Assembly: GCA_045636225.1 (NCBI GenBank)
Contig: JAZTXB010000047.1
Span: 4,742-68,741, forward strand
Reading direction: 5' to 3'
Source of the DNA: Bacilli bacterium
Lineage (GTDB): Bacteria; Bacillota_I; Bacilli_A; RF39; UBA660
Length of the DNA: 64,000 bases
The notes beneath the pieces were generated by a model. It was given only the letters and a program-made list of their open reading frames with translations. It was not told where the DNA came from and did no database searches. The translations under genes and the position numbers were made by a program. Shown here in pieces: positions 10,162 to 18,218 of this stretch; within the stretch, counting starts at the first letter, position 1; the number at the start of each line of letters is the position of its first letter.

Positions 10162-10638
10162 CTATTCCTCCTCAATATTCATAGTAAGTGTTAAATTAAA
10201 ATCCTCAAAACCATTTTTTTTATAAAAACTTATAGCATTACTATTTTTAGCACTTGCAGTTACTGTTAAATTATCTATACCATTTTCTTTACAATAAGTT
10301 TTAAATTCATTAACTAGCTTTTTACCAATACCATAACCTCTACAATTATTTTTTATAAACATATTATTTATTTCACCATATTGTATATTCTCATAAGCAC
10401 CTTTTTCATTTATAGTACCGGCTAAGTATCCAACAATTTCATTATTTAATATTGCTACTACTACATAATGATTAGTTATTAAATCTTCAAAGTAATTTTT
10501 ACCTTCTTCTGTTAATGGCCAATTACTAACTAATGTAGAATCATAATTTTCTTTTTCTAATTTAAATAATTCATTATTCAATTCTTGAATATATTCTAAA
10601 TCATTTATTTGTGCTTTTCTTATTATTAAATCATTCAT
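10162..10638 (-). CDS. GNAT family N-acetyltransferase
   Basis: Acetyl-CoA motif CRGYGIGKKLVNEF (R/QxxGxG/A) in a 158 aa protein of typical GNAT size. Confidence 0.85.
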   Translation of the reverse strand: MNDLIIRKAQINDLEYIQELNNELFKLEKENYDSTLVSNWPLTEEGKNYFEDLITNHYVVVAILNNEIVGYLAGTINEKGAYENIQYGEINNMFIKNNCRGYGIGKKLVNEFKTYCKENGIDNLTVTASAKNSNAISFYKKNGFEDFNLTLTMNIEEE

Positions 10639-10646
10639 TTTATCAC

Positions 10647-11582
10647 CTATATTATTCCTCTTAATATTTCAGTAACATTCTTCATTTCTTTTTCACTTGC
10701 CATAATAGTAATTAATAAATTTTTATTTTTATCCAAAACTATATATTGTCCATTTGTACCATCTCTAAAAACAATATTATCACGAGATATAAATGTAAAA
10801 TATCCTGCGCCTATCTTAGGTAATACTCTTTCTGGCTTATAATAATCTGGGGTATCTACTTGGCACTTGCACATTTCATTTATCCAGTATGATGAGATTA
10901 TTTGATTTCCTTCATATTTACCATCATTAAGTAATAATTTAGCTATCTTATGAAAATCAGTATGTTTTAAATATAATCCTGTAGCCCCCATACAATACTT
11001 ACCATAATTATCCCATTTATATTCATTTATATTAAGTTTTTTAAAAATATTTTCATTAACGAAATCAGATAAATTAATATTAAAATATTCACTAAAAATA
11101 ACAGATATCAAAAATGGTTCAACATTGTTATATGCATATCTCTTATTTGGTTCATATTTAATATCATAATTAAGTGCATAATCTAAAACTTTATCTTTAT
11201 CTATATCTAATAAATATTTTTCTGAAAACATTTGGAATTCATAACCAGTTTGATGTGTTAATAAAGTTTTAATAGTCCATTCTTTTATTTTATCTATATT
11301 ATTTATATTTGTTATATTACATATATCTTTTATTAAAGGATATATTCTTGTATTTAAACTTATTTCTTCATTATTTATTTTCATTTTTCTATCTATAGCT
11401 ATACCAAGTGCCATAGCAACTAATAATTTAGAACAACTTCTAAGTTCATGTAGTTTTTCTTCCTTATAAAACTTAATTTTTAAATTACCATTTTGTTCTA
11501 CAAATACACTATCTATATTTAAACTTAATTTTTTTGATAATTCTACTTTCCTATTATCTATTATATCTAGCATAACATTCAC
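10647..11582 (-). CDS. serine hydrolase, beta-lactamase/PBP4*-fold
   Basis: SCSK (SxxK) near residue 50 and YAYNN (YxN) further on. Confidence 0.75.
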   Translation of the reverse strand: MNVMLDIIDNRKVELSKKLSLNIDSVFVEQNGNLKIKFYKEEKLHELRSCSKLLVAMALGIAIDRKMKINNEEISLNTRIYPLIKDICNITNINNIDKIKEWTIKTLLTHQTGYEFQMFSEKYLLDIDKDKVLDYALNYDIKYEPNKRYAYNNVEPFLISVIFSEYFNINLSDFVNENIFKKLNINEYKWDNYGKYCMGATGLYLKHTDFHKIAKLLLNDGKYEGNQIISSYWINEMCKCQVDTPDYYKPERVLPKIGAGYFTFISRDNIVFRDGTNGQYIVLDKNKNLLITIMASEKEMKNVTEILRGII

Positions 11583-11713
11583 CTAGTAATATTATAGCAC
11601 ATATTACTATTTAAACAATAATATATATTATAATCACACTTATTTCAATTTTAAAAGATAAAACGGAATTCAAAATGAAAATTCACGAATTTAAATAAAT
11701 TTAATTTAACAAC

Positions 11714-11742
11714 TTGACTAATTAAAAAAATTAATTTATACT
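11714..11742 (+). promoter_or_regulatory. sigma-A-type promoter for the candidate sRNA
   Basis: TTGACT (11714-11719), a 17 nt spacer, then TATACT (11737-11742). Confidence 0.45.
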
Positions 11743-11749
11743 TATTATA

Positions 11750-11850
11750 GGTATGGTAACATACCTAGTGTTCTTTACGACGCTTATATGTGAAGGACAC
11801 ACAACCAAAACCCCCTGAAATCCCAGCCGAGAGGCTGGGATACTTTGTTT
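11750..11850 (+). ncRNA. candidate approx 100 nt small RNA of unknown family (three hairpins, last one terminator-like)
   Basis: - No ORF is present.
- Hairpin 1 is GGTATG-GTAA-CATACC (11750-11765).
- Hairpin 2 pairs GTGTTCTTT with GAAGGACAC, using G-U pairs (11768-11800).
- A C-rich linker reads CCCCCTGAAAT.
- Hairpin 3 is CCCAGCC-GAGA-GGCTGGG (11822-11839), followed by ATACTTTGTTT.
- The integrase island starts about 30 nt downstream. Confidence 0.35.
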
Positions 11851-11882
11851 ATAAGGGCTCCAAGCCATTTCATATATGTATT

Positions 11883-11903
11883 AGGTACCCAAATAGGTAC
11901 CCA
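11883..11903. repeat. direct repeat AGGTACCCA-N3-AGGTACCCA; putative left attachment site
   Basis: It lies immediately outside the integrase stop codon (11906). Related copies occur at 20570-20590 (AGGTACCCA-TTT-AGGTACTCA) and 22878-22927. Confidence 0.55.
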
Positions 11904-11905
11904 TT

Positions 11906-13021
11906 TTAATTTAGTTTGTTGATAATGTCGATAATTTCATTCATTTTATTTTTAAATAGATGGGAATAAGTATTTAATGTCTCATCTATTTTTGTATGCC
12001 CTAGATATTTTGCAACTACATTTATACTTGCATTACTATTAATTAGTAATGATGCACAACTATGTCTAAAATCGTGAATCCTTATTTGTTTAACACCGGC
12101 TAGTTTACAATTTCTATTTTTACGACTTCTAATTTTACCATTAGTAATTGGATCGGTATCTCCAAATACATACCACTTATTATTAAATCCATAATACTTT
12201 TCACAAACTTTATATAATTCTTTTAAATCATCGAGTAATACTTTAGGTATAGGGATTTCTCTTATACTAGATTTCGTTTTCGGTGTAGTTACTATATAAG
12301 GTTTGTTTTCATCACCTTGAGTGGCAACTACATTTTTATTAACTCTTAAATAACTATTACCAAAATCAATATCATTCCAAGTAAGACCTCTTAATTCACC
12401 TCTACGAAGACCACAATAATATAAAGTTTCATACATTGTTTTATATAAAATATCTTCTTCTACAGATATAAAACTTTTAAATTCTTCATAGGTAAAGAAT
12501 AACATTTCTTTAGGCATTTCATTTGGATTAGTAAAATTAGTCATTTTATTGTAAGTAGTAGTAAAGTTAAAGTTATACCATTTGCTAGCATAGTTTAATA
12601 ATTCTTTAAAGAATTTAAATAGATGATTTTTATGATTAGTTGTATAACCATAAGAATTAATTTCTTTTTTCCACTTTTCAAAATGTTCTATATTAAAATC
12701 TTTTAATTTAACATTCTCTAAATTTTTAAAGAATTTCTGTCTATCCCTATAAGTTTTTAAAGTAGTAAATTTAACTTTGTCTTCTTTATAAGCATAGAAC
12801 AAAGTGTATAAATCTTTAAAAGTCATATTACGATTATTATCAGCTCTTTCTGTATTAAGAGTAAGAAACTCTCTTTCAGCATTTAAAGCCTCTGTTTTAG
12901 TGAAAAACTTCTTTGACTTATATTTTCTTCTTGTTCCATCTAAATTCTTTACATAGTCATAAAATATCCATTTACGGCCATCTTTTGTCCACTCTGATTT
13001 ATCTAATAATTTAACTGCCAT
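11906..13021 (-). CDS. tyrosine-type site-specific integrase
   Basis: Catalytic signature: GLRRGELRGLTWNDID (Arg I), HDFRHSCASLLI (HxxR) and LGHTKIDETLNTYSHL (catalytic Tyr). A phage-integrase N-terminal SAM-like region is also present. Confidence 0.9.
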   Translation of the reverse strand: MAVKLLDKSEWTKDGRKWIFYDYVKNLDGTRRKYKSKKFFTKTEALNAEREFLTLNTERADNNRNMTFKDLYTLFYAYKEDKVKFTTLKTYRDRQKFFKNLENVKLKDFNIEHFEKWKKEINSYGYTTNHKNHLFKFFKELLNYASKWYNFNFTTTYNKMTNFTNPNEMPKEMLFFTYEEFKSFISVEEDILYKTMYETLYYCGLRRGELRGLTWNDIDFGNSYLRVNKNVVATQGDENKPYIVTTPKTKSSIREIPIPKVLLDDLKELYKVCEKYYGFNNKWYVFGDTDPITNGKIRSRKNRNCKLAGVKQIRIHDFRHSCASLLINSNASINVVAKYLGHTKIDETLNTYSHLFKNKMNEIIDIINKLN

Positions 13022-14000
13022 AGTATTCCTCCTTTGAATCTAAATCATTGCTATAAAATTCTAAAGGTTCCTTATATTTAGCAGTATATAATCTTTCTGT
13101 TGCTGTTCGTTTATTTTCTATTACAAGACCATTTCTTTCAAGTTCTTCTTTATGATTTGCAAGTAACTTACCGAAAGTTGATGGAATAACATTTAACTTT
13201 AATTTACTAACCATATCAGATGCAGTAAAAGTAAATTCTTTCAAACTAATTGCATATCTAAAGAAAGTCATAATGTTTTCATTCCATACTTCATCAGCCA
13301 AGCTATCAATTTTAAGTATCAAGTTTTCATTTCTTTTCAGTACGTAATCTTTACTAGGGTAATCTCTGCTTTCATACTTTAAGTAAAAAGTAGATTTAAT
13401 ATTTTCATCTTGTTTTAATGCAATTTTACCATCTACACAAGTATCAATAGCAGTACTACCTAAAGATTTGCCTTTACGATTTAAATGATGAACTATAATA
13501 ATAGCAACATTATAGTTATTACAAAGTTTTCTTAATTGTGGAAATATATTTTGACTCATATCTTGATAATTATTTAAATCATAATTATTACCAAAATTAA
13601 TTCCGTTAAACATATCAATAAATACTAATTTGCCATTATACTTTTCACTAAATTCAGCAATTTCTTTTTCAACTTTCAAGATACTTATTTGAGTTAAATT
13701 ATCTTCTGGGAAAGTATAAAAGAAATATTTATCATTTAAATCTAATTCCATAAACTTAATTCTACTAATAGTCTCTGATGGATTCATTTCTGTACTTAAA
13801 TATAAAACAGGAGTTTTATTAGTCTTTAAATTTAGAAAAGGAAATCCATTAGCAACAGAGTTTGCTATTTGGAGAGCAATAGCAGATTTACCAACTTTAG
13901 CTTCTCCAAGTAAACAATATAAACCATTTTCTCTAATCATATCTTCAATAATATAATTAATATCGACAATACTACATTTTAATTCTTCAATTGTTTTCAT
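13011..14000 (-). CDS. RecA-fold AAA ATPase (RepA/DnaB-like, element replication or mobilisation)
   Basis: Walker A GEAKVGKS, Walker B LVFIDMF, and the IIVHHLNRKGKSLGS motif common in AAA_25/RepA-like proteins of integrative elements. It overlaps the integrase start by 11 nt. Confidence 0.7.
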   Translation of the reverse strand: MKTIEELKCSIVDINYIIEDMIRENGLYCLLGEAKVGKSAIALQIANSVANGFPFLNLKTNKTPVLYLSTEMNPSETISRIKFMELDLNDKYFFYTFPEDNLTQISILKVEKEIAEFSEKYNGKLVFIDMFNGINFGNNYDLNNYQDMSQNIFPQLRKLCNNYNVAIIIVHHLNRKGKSLGSTAIDTCVDGKIALKQDENIKSTFYLKYESRDYPSKDYVLKRNENLILKIDSLADEVWNENIMTFFRYAISLKEFTFTASDMVSKLKLNVIPSTFGKLLANHKEELERNGLVIENKRTATERLYTAKYKEPLEFYSNDLDSKEEYYGS

Positions 14001-14012
14001 ATAATTTCCTTC

Positions 14013-14249
14013 CTATAAATTTTCTTTAGCCATCTTTTCTAAATAATTAATATTTATTTTTAATTTATTAACGACTTCAATCATTGGTAATCTGTTGTTT
14101 GGTAGAGTGTAGCCTTTAAGTATTAGTTCATCTTTTATCTCACGTCTTAACTTAACAGCATTATTCTTACCAATCTCTGCAAGCTTCATTAAATCATTTA
14201 TATCACACCATTGCTTGCTAATTAATTTTAAAGTTTCTCTAGCGTTCAT
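14013..14249 (-). CDS. small DNA-binding protein, excisionase/regulator-like (78 aa)
   Basis: The call rests on size, position (first gene of the leftward operon, divergent from the XRE gene) and a basic helix-rich sequence. No specific family was recognised. Confidence 0.4.
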   Translation of the reverse strand: MNARETLKLISKQWCDINDLMKLAEIGKNNAVKLRREIKDELILKGYTLPNNRLPMIEVVNKLKININYLEKMAKENL

Positions 14250-14340
14250 ATAAAATTATTCCTCCTTTCGTTTAAACTCTAGATAAAAATGATAACCTTT
14301 TATCTATGTAAGTGATTACCAACTAAAAAAAGAAATTATA

Positions 14341-14358
14341 TTGTGAGTACACTCACAA
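14341..14358. promoter_or_regulatory. palindromic operator O1 in the divergent regulatory region
   Basis: TTGTGAGT-AC-ACTCACAA has perfect 8 bp inverted arms. It lies between the divergent genes at 14249 and 14485. Confidence 0.6.
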
Positions 14359-14398
14359 TTACATATTATCATATAAAAATAATTTAAGTCAATACTTT

Positions 14399-14416
14399 TT
14401 GTGAGTTTAGTGACAA
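14399..14416. promoter_or_regulatory. related operator half-palindrome O2
   Basis: TTGTGAGTTTAGTGACAA shares the TTGTGAGT half-site with O1. The second arm is partially complementary. Confidence 0.4.
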
Positions 14417-14484
14417 AATCTATTGTTGATTAATATAATTTATGGTAAAATTAATATATAAAAAGCAAAAAGAGGTGTACTTTA

Positions 14485-15009
14485 ATGAAAGATAAAACTT
14501 TGGCTAGTGTTGTTAAAAAAGCTAGAGAAAAATTGGGAATTTCTCAAAGAGAATTATCTAGAAGAACTGGTATCGATAATAATACTGTCGCTAAGATAGA
14601 AAAAGGAGAAAGAAAAAAGCCTAATATATTGTCATTAAGAAAATTAAGCGTTGTTTTAAATCTTGATTATAGAAACTTGATGGAATTATGTGATTATAGT
14701 AAAGAAGAAATAAAAGCAATTGCAGATAACAATTATTATAGTTTAGCAATTAGAAATAAAGATGCTTCAATATTAATGATGGAAGATTTAATAAATCTTG
14801 TACAAGAACAAAAATATATTAAGTTAGTTTTAAAAGAATTGTTAGAAAATTGTGATGTTAATAACTTAAAATGTTTATCAGAACTTTCTAAAAAAGAAAA
14901 AACACAAGTAATAAAAAAACTAAATGAATTTATTGATGAGAATACTAAATCAATAGAAAGTCATCAAAACTCAATTGAAAATTTAAATGAAATGTTAGGT
15001 AATAATTAA
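14485..15009 (+). CDS. XRE-family HTH transcriptional regulator with coiled-coil C-terminal extension
   Basis: LGISQRELSRRTGIDNNTVAKIEKGERKKPNILSLRKL is a classic Cro/CI HTH. A GAGGTG RBS is present. Confidence 0.85.
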   Translation: MKDKTLASVVKKAREKLGISQRELSRRTGIDNNTVAKIEKGERKKPNILSLRKLSVVLNLDYRNLMELCDYSKEEIKAIADNNYYSLAIRNKDASILMMEDLINLVQEQKYIKLVLKELLENCDVNNLKCLSELSKKEKTQVIKKLNEFIDENTKSIESHQNSIENLNEMLGNN

Positions 15010-15195
15010 TTTTTTTTCAGTAAGTAATGACAGTATGACATCTATATAGATACTGCATGTGGCTCTCGTACTTTTGTCACTCTGTCATAAAGTTATTGTC
15101 TAGCAAGCAATGAATTTCTACTCCTGTACGAAATTCTATCGTGGGAACTATCCCAAACCCTTATAAAAACTATTAATATTCAGGGAGGTAAAAAA

Positions 15196-17148
15196 ATGTT
15201 AAGTCGTGAAGAAATAAAAGATAATAAAGAAATAAGTAAATTGATTGAATACGGATATGATTTGCATAAAAGACAAATGGAACATTATGAACATTCTATT
15301 CCTAACTTCGAATTTTATAATGGCAATTGTTGTCCAATGAAAAAAGTAGATGGTGGCGGGATATTTGGAATGAGAGGATATGCTAACCATTCTGAAGCAC
15401 GTGTATTTACAACTTTAGGAGTAACAGTTGGAAAACAAAAGAAAGATGGATTTGATTTAGATTATGCTCAGATGATTCAAACAGATAATGGATATCGAAA
15501 TATATATTTTTCAAATTTAAAAATAAGTGATAACCAAAAACACTGGTATACTACATTAGACTATGATAGAAGTAACGATTGGGATCATATGACTGATGAA
15601 GATAAACAACAACTATTTATTAAAACTATGGAATTCATAGGTTTCAAAAAAGAAGATGTATTAGCAGTTTTAAATGGTACTTTAACAGCACGTGAAGCAT
15701 ATATGAATGTTGCCCCAGAAGAAATTAGAAATTTACAATGGGTCAATAAAAGTAGAAGAATGTTTGTATTTGATGGAAATGTTGCAGTTGAAGGAAGATT
15801 TGGTTCAATGGATATGGATAAATTTCCATTCCCTTTTGAAGGGCAGCCTATATTAGATTGCTCAAAAGTTAAAACATCTTGTATATATTTTGAAAACAAT
15901 AATCGTAGAGTAAAATTAATAAATGTAAATTCTAATTCTGAGTCTATTAGTTATACTAACTTAAAAAATGCTATTATAGATGAGCCGATTGATTTATCGC
16001 TAGTAGATGCTACAGGTACAAAATTTGGACATCATACAGTTATCAACTTGGGATGGTCAATAGCAAAATTAGATGATATGGATTTAACACTAGCAGTTAA
16101 TGAAAATGGTGAAAGATATGTAGTAGATGAAAAAGGAAGAGTTCAATTTGATTATGATTATAATCCTAAAACTGTTACTTCATCAAAAATTAAATCAAGA
16201 AATGTTTTGATAATGGCTAATGCAGATAATGAACAAATGACAAAATCTGCAATTGAAAATGATGCTGATGGAGTTGGATTAGTAAGAACGGAACATATTT
16301 TTACAAATATAAATGATGTAAAAAAGATGGTTGAATTATTAGATTATCCTAGTGATGAAGTGGAAAAAGAAAATTTAAAGAGAATTAAAGAATTACAAAT
16401 TAAACAAGTTAAAGAAATATTAAAATCAAATTCAAATCAACCTATAGTATTTAGATTATTAGATTTTAAACTAAAAGAATATTTAAGAAACTTTGGTTTA
16501 ACATTTGATGACTATTATGATGAAGAATATGTAGAGTACTTAAGAGGTGCAGCTATTTTATGTAAAAATAAAAAAGTCTTAGCCACTCAAGTTGAAGCAA
16601 TTTTTGAAACATTAGATGGAATGAATATAGATGTTAATTTACTTATTCCAATGTTAAGATCATCATATGAATTTACTGATATAAAAAAGGAAATAATGAA
16701 GTTGTCTGAAAAGTATAATTTAAAAAGTTTAAAAATTGGTGCAATGATAGAAAATACAACAATGAGTAATGATGCAGATGAATTAGCAAAAGAAGCTGAC
16801 TTTATTTCAATCGGAACTAACGATTTGACTGAAAGTGCAACAGGATTAACTAGAGATAATAATTCAATAGAATTTCAAGAATTAACAGATGAAGTTAAAT
16901 CTGCAATTGAAGAAACTATATTTAGAGCAAGAAGTATTAATCCAAATATAGTTGTTGGTGTATGTGGAGAACATGGAAATTATTTAGAAAATGTTCAATA
17001 CTATAGCACACTTGATATTGATTATATTACGTGCAGCCCTTCATTTATAAGAGCAAATAAAGAGTTTTTAACAAATAATTCTAACTTAGAAGCAAGCAAA
17101 GTAAAACAATTAAAACTTACTGATAAAAAAACAGATGATAAACATTAG
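15196..17148 (+). CDS. PEP-utilising-enzyme C-terminal (PEP/pyruvate-binding TIM barrel) domain protein with unknown approx 330 aa N-terminal domain
   Basis: - Residues approx 335-640 align by eye with the C-terminal domain of pyruvate phosphate dikinase:
  - GVGLVRTEHIF vs GIGLCRTEHMF
  - VFRLLD vs VRYLD
  - IGAMIE vs IGTMIE
  - FISIGTNDLTE vs FFSFGTNDLTQ
  - VGVCGEHG vs CGICGEHGG
  - YITCSP vs YVSCSP
- No ATP-grasp motif and no GGxTSHAA phospho-His swivel motif appears anywhere in the protein.
- A GGGAGG RBS is present. Confidence 0.8.
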   Translation: MLSREEIKDNKEISKLIEYGYDLHKRQMEHYEHSIPNFEFYNGNCCPMKKVDGGGIFGMRGYANHSEARVFTTLGVTVGKQKKDGFDLDYAQMIQTDNGYRNIYFSNLKISDNQKHWYTTLDYDRSNDWDHMTDEDKQQLFIKTMEFIGFKKEDVLAVLNGTLTAREAYMNVAPEEIRNLQWVNKSRRMFVFDGNVAVEGRFGSMDMDKFPFPFEGQPILDCSKVKTSCIYFENNNRRVKLINVNSNSESISYTNLKNAIIDEPIDLSLVDATGTKFGHHTVINLGWSIAKLDDMDLTLAVNENGERYVVDEKGRVQFDYDYNPKTVTSSKIKSRNVLIMANADNEQMTKSAIENDADGVGLVRTEHIFTNINDVKKMVELLDYPSDEVEKENLKRIKELQIKQVKEILKSNSNQPIVFRLLDFKLKEYLRNFGLTFDDYYDEEYVEYLRGAAILCKNKKVLATQVEAIFETLDGMNIDVNLLIPMLRSSYEFTDIKKEIMKLSEKYNLKSLKIGAMIENTTMSNDADELAKEADFISIGTNDLTESATGLTRDNNSIEFQELTDEVKSAIEETIFRARSINPNIVVGVCGEHGNYLENVQYYSTLDIDYITCSPSFIRANKEFLTNNSNLEASKVKQLKLTDKKTDDKH

Positions 17149-17165
17149 AAATAAGGAGATAAGAT

Positions 17166-17615
17166 ATGGATATAAATTTTAGAAATGCTAAATTAGAAGA
17201 TAAAGAATTTATTTTAAATGCAAATAGAGAAATAAATATATTATCAGGACTTAATGATAGTACATTTGATAACAACATTGATAAAGATCTATTTGAAGAT
17301 AAAATTTGTAAAGTTATTATTGCTGAAATTGATAATAATATTGCAGGATTTGTTTTATATTCTTATATTTATTGGGCAAATTGTGGAAAAGGAATTTATT
17401 TATCACAAGCTTATGTTAAAAATGAATATAGAAAACAAGGAATATTAAAAATGTTATTACAAGAATTAGAGACAAGAGAAAAAGAATGTAATTTTATAAC
17501 AAATCTTGTAGGGAATGAAAATGAAGTTATGATGAAATCATTAAATAAATTAAATTTTAAATCATCAGATTTAACAACTTATTATAGAAAAACTAAGGAG
17601 AATGTTAATGAATAA
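17166..17615 (+). CDS. GNAT family N-acetyltransferase
   Basis: 149 aa. The motif YRKQGILKMLLQELE fits the acetyl-CoA binding loop. An AAGGAG RBS sits 17 nt after the upstream stop. Confidence 0.8.
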   Translation: MDINFRNAKLEDKEFILNANREINILSGLNDSTFDNNIDKDLFEDKICKVIIAEIDNNIAGFVLYSYIYWANCGKGIYLSQAYVKNEYRKQGILKMLLQELETREKECNFITNLVGNENEVMMKSLNKLNFKSSDLTTYYRKTKENVNE

Positions 17616-18210
17616 AAAAATAGTACTAACTTCTTGTGGGATAATAAATGAAGATGTAAAAAAAGAGTTTTATAAATTACTAAATAAAGAAATTGAAAAT
17701 ATTAAAGTTTTATACATAACTACAGCAATAGATGGTGAAGATGATTCTGATACAAGTTGGATTGAAGAAGAATTTCAAACTATTTTAAATTTAGGTATAA
17801 AAAAAGAAAATATTAAAGAGTACAAAATGGATTATGATATAAATTTATCTTTGTTTGATATGATATATATGATGGGTGGAAATACATTTTACTTACTGAA
17901 AAAAATTAGAGATACTAAATTTGATATAAAATTAAAAGAGGCTATAAATAATGGATTAATTTATGTTGGGTCTAGTGCTGGAAGTATTGTTTTAGGAAAC
18001 ACTATTGAATTAGCTCTAGCGTACGATAAAAATGATGTGAATTTAACTGATTTTACAGGATTGAAACTAATTGACGGCATAATTGTCCCTCATGCAAATA
18101 GGAAGCAAGAGTTTATTAAAGAAAAGAAAAAACAATATAAGGAAAAAATATATGCCGTGCATGATGAACACGGAGTCATAGTAAATAATAATGAATTGAA
18201 AGAAATTTAG
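17608..18210 (+). CDS. peptidase family S51 (PepE / dipeptidase E-like)
   Basis: MMGGNTFYLLKKIR, VGSSAGSIVLG (nucleophile Ser) and VPHAN (His) match the PepE motifs GGGNTFQLL, GWSAGAN and PH. The start was moved to the ATG at 17608 (AAGGAG RBS), which overlaps the GNAT stop. Confidence 0.75.
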   Translation: MNKKIVLTSCGIINEDVKKEFYKLLNKEIENIKVLYITTAIDGEDDSDTSWIEEEFQTILNLGIKKENIKEYKMDYDINLSLFDMIYMMGGNTFYLLKKIRDTKFDIKLKEAINNGLIYVGSSAGSIVLGNTIELALAYDKNDVNLTDFTGLKLIDGIIVPHANRKQEFIKEKKKQYKEKIYAVHDEHGVIVNNNELKEI

Positions 18211-18218
18211 GTGTAAAA

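Noticed and set aside
8370-11582. The five tightly packed enzyme genes (NUDIX, histidine phosphatase, SDR, GNAT, beta-lactamase-fold) as a biosynthetic gene cluster
   Set aside because: - There is no core biosynthetic enzyme, transporter or regulator.
- All five belong to generic housekeeping or detoxification families.
- The arrangement is more simply explained as a compact operon of miscellaneous enzymes.
11583-11905. tRNA or tmRNA gene as the integration target
   Set aside because: - There is no cloverleaf.
- There is no GTTCGAATC-type T-loop and no CCA-proximal acceptor pairing.
- The hairpins present do not fit a tRNA-like domain.
15196-17148. Annotation as pyruvate phosphate dikinase, PEP synthase or PTS enzyme I
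   Set aside because: Only the C-terminal PEP-binding barrel is present. The ATP-grasp motifs, the phospho-His (TSHAA) motif and the HPr-binding region are all absent, so a full dikinase or EI function cannot be assigned.
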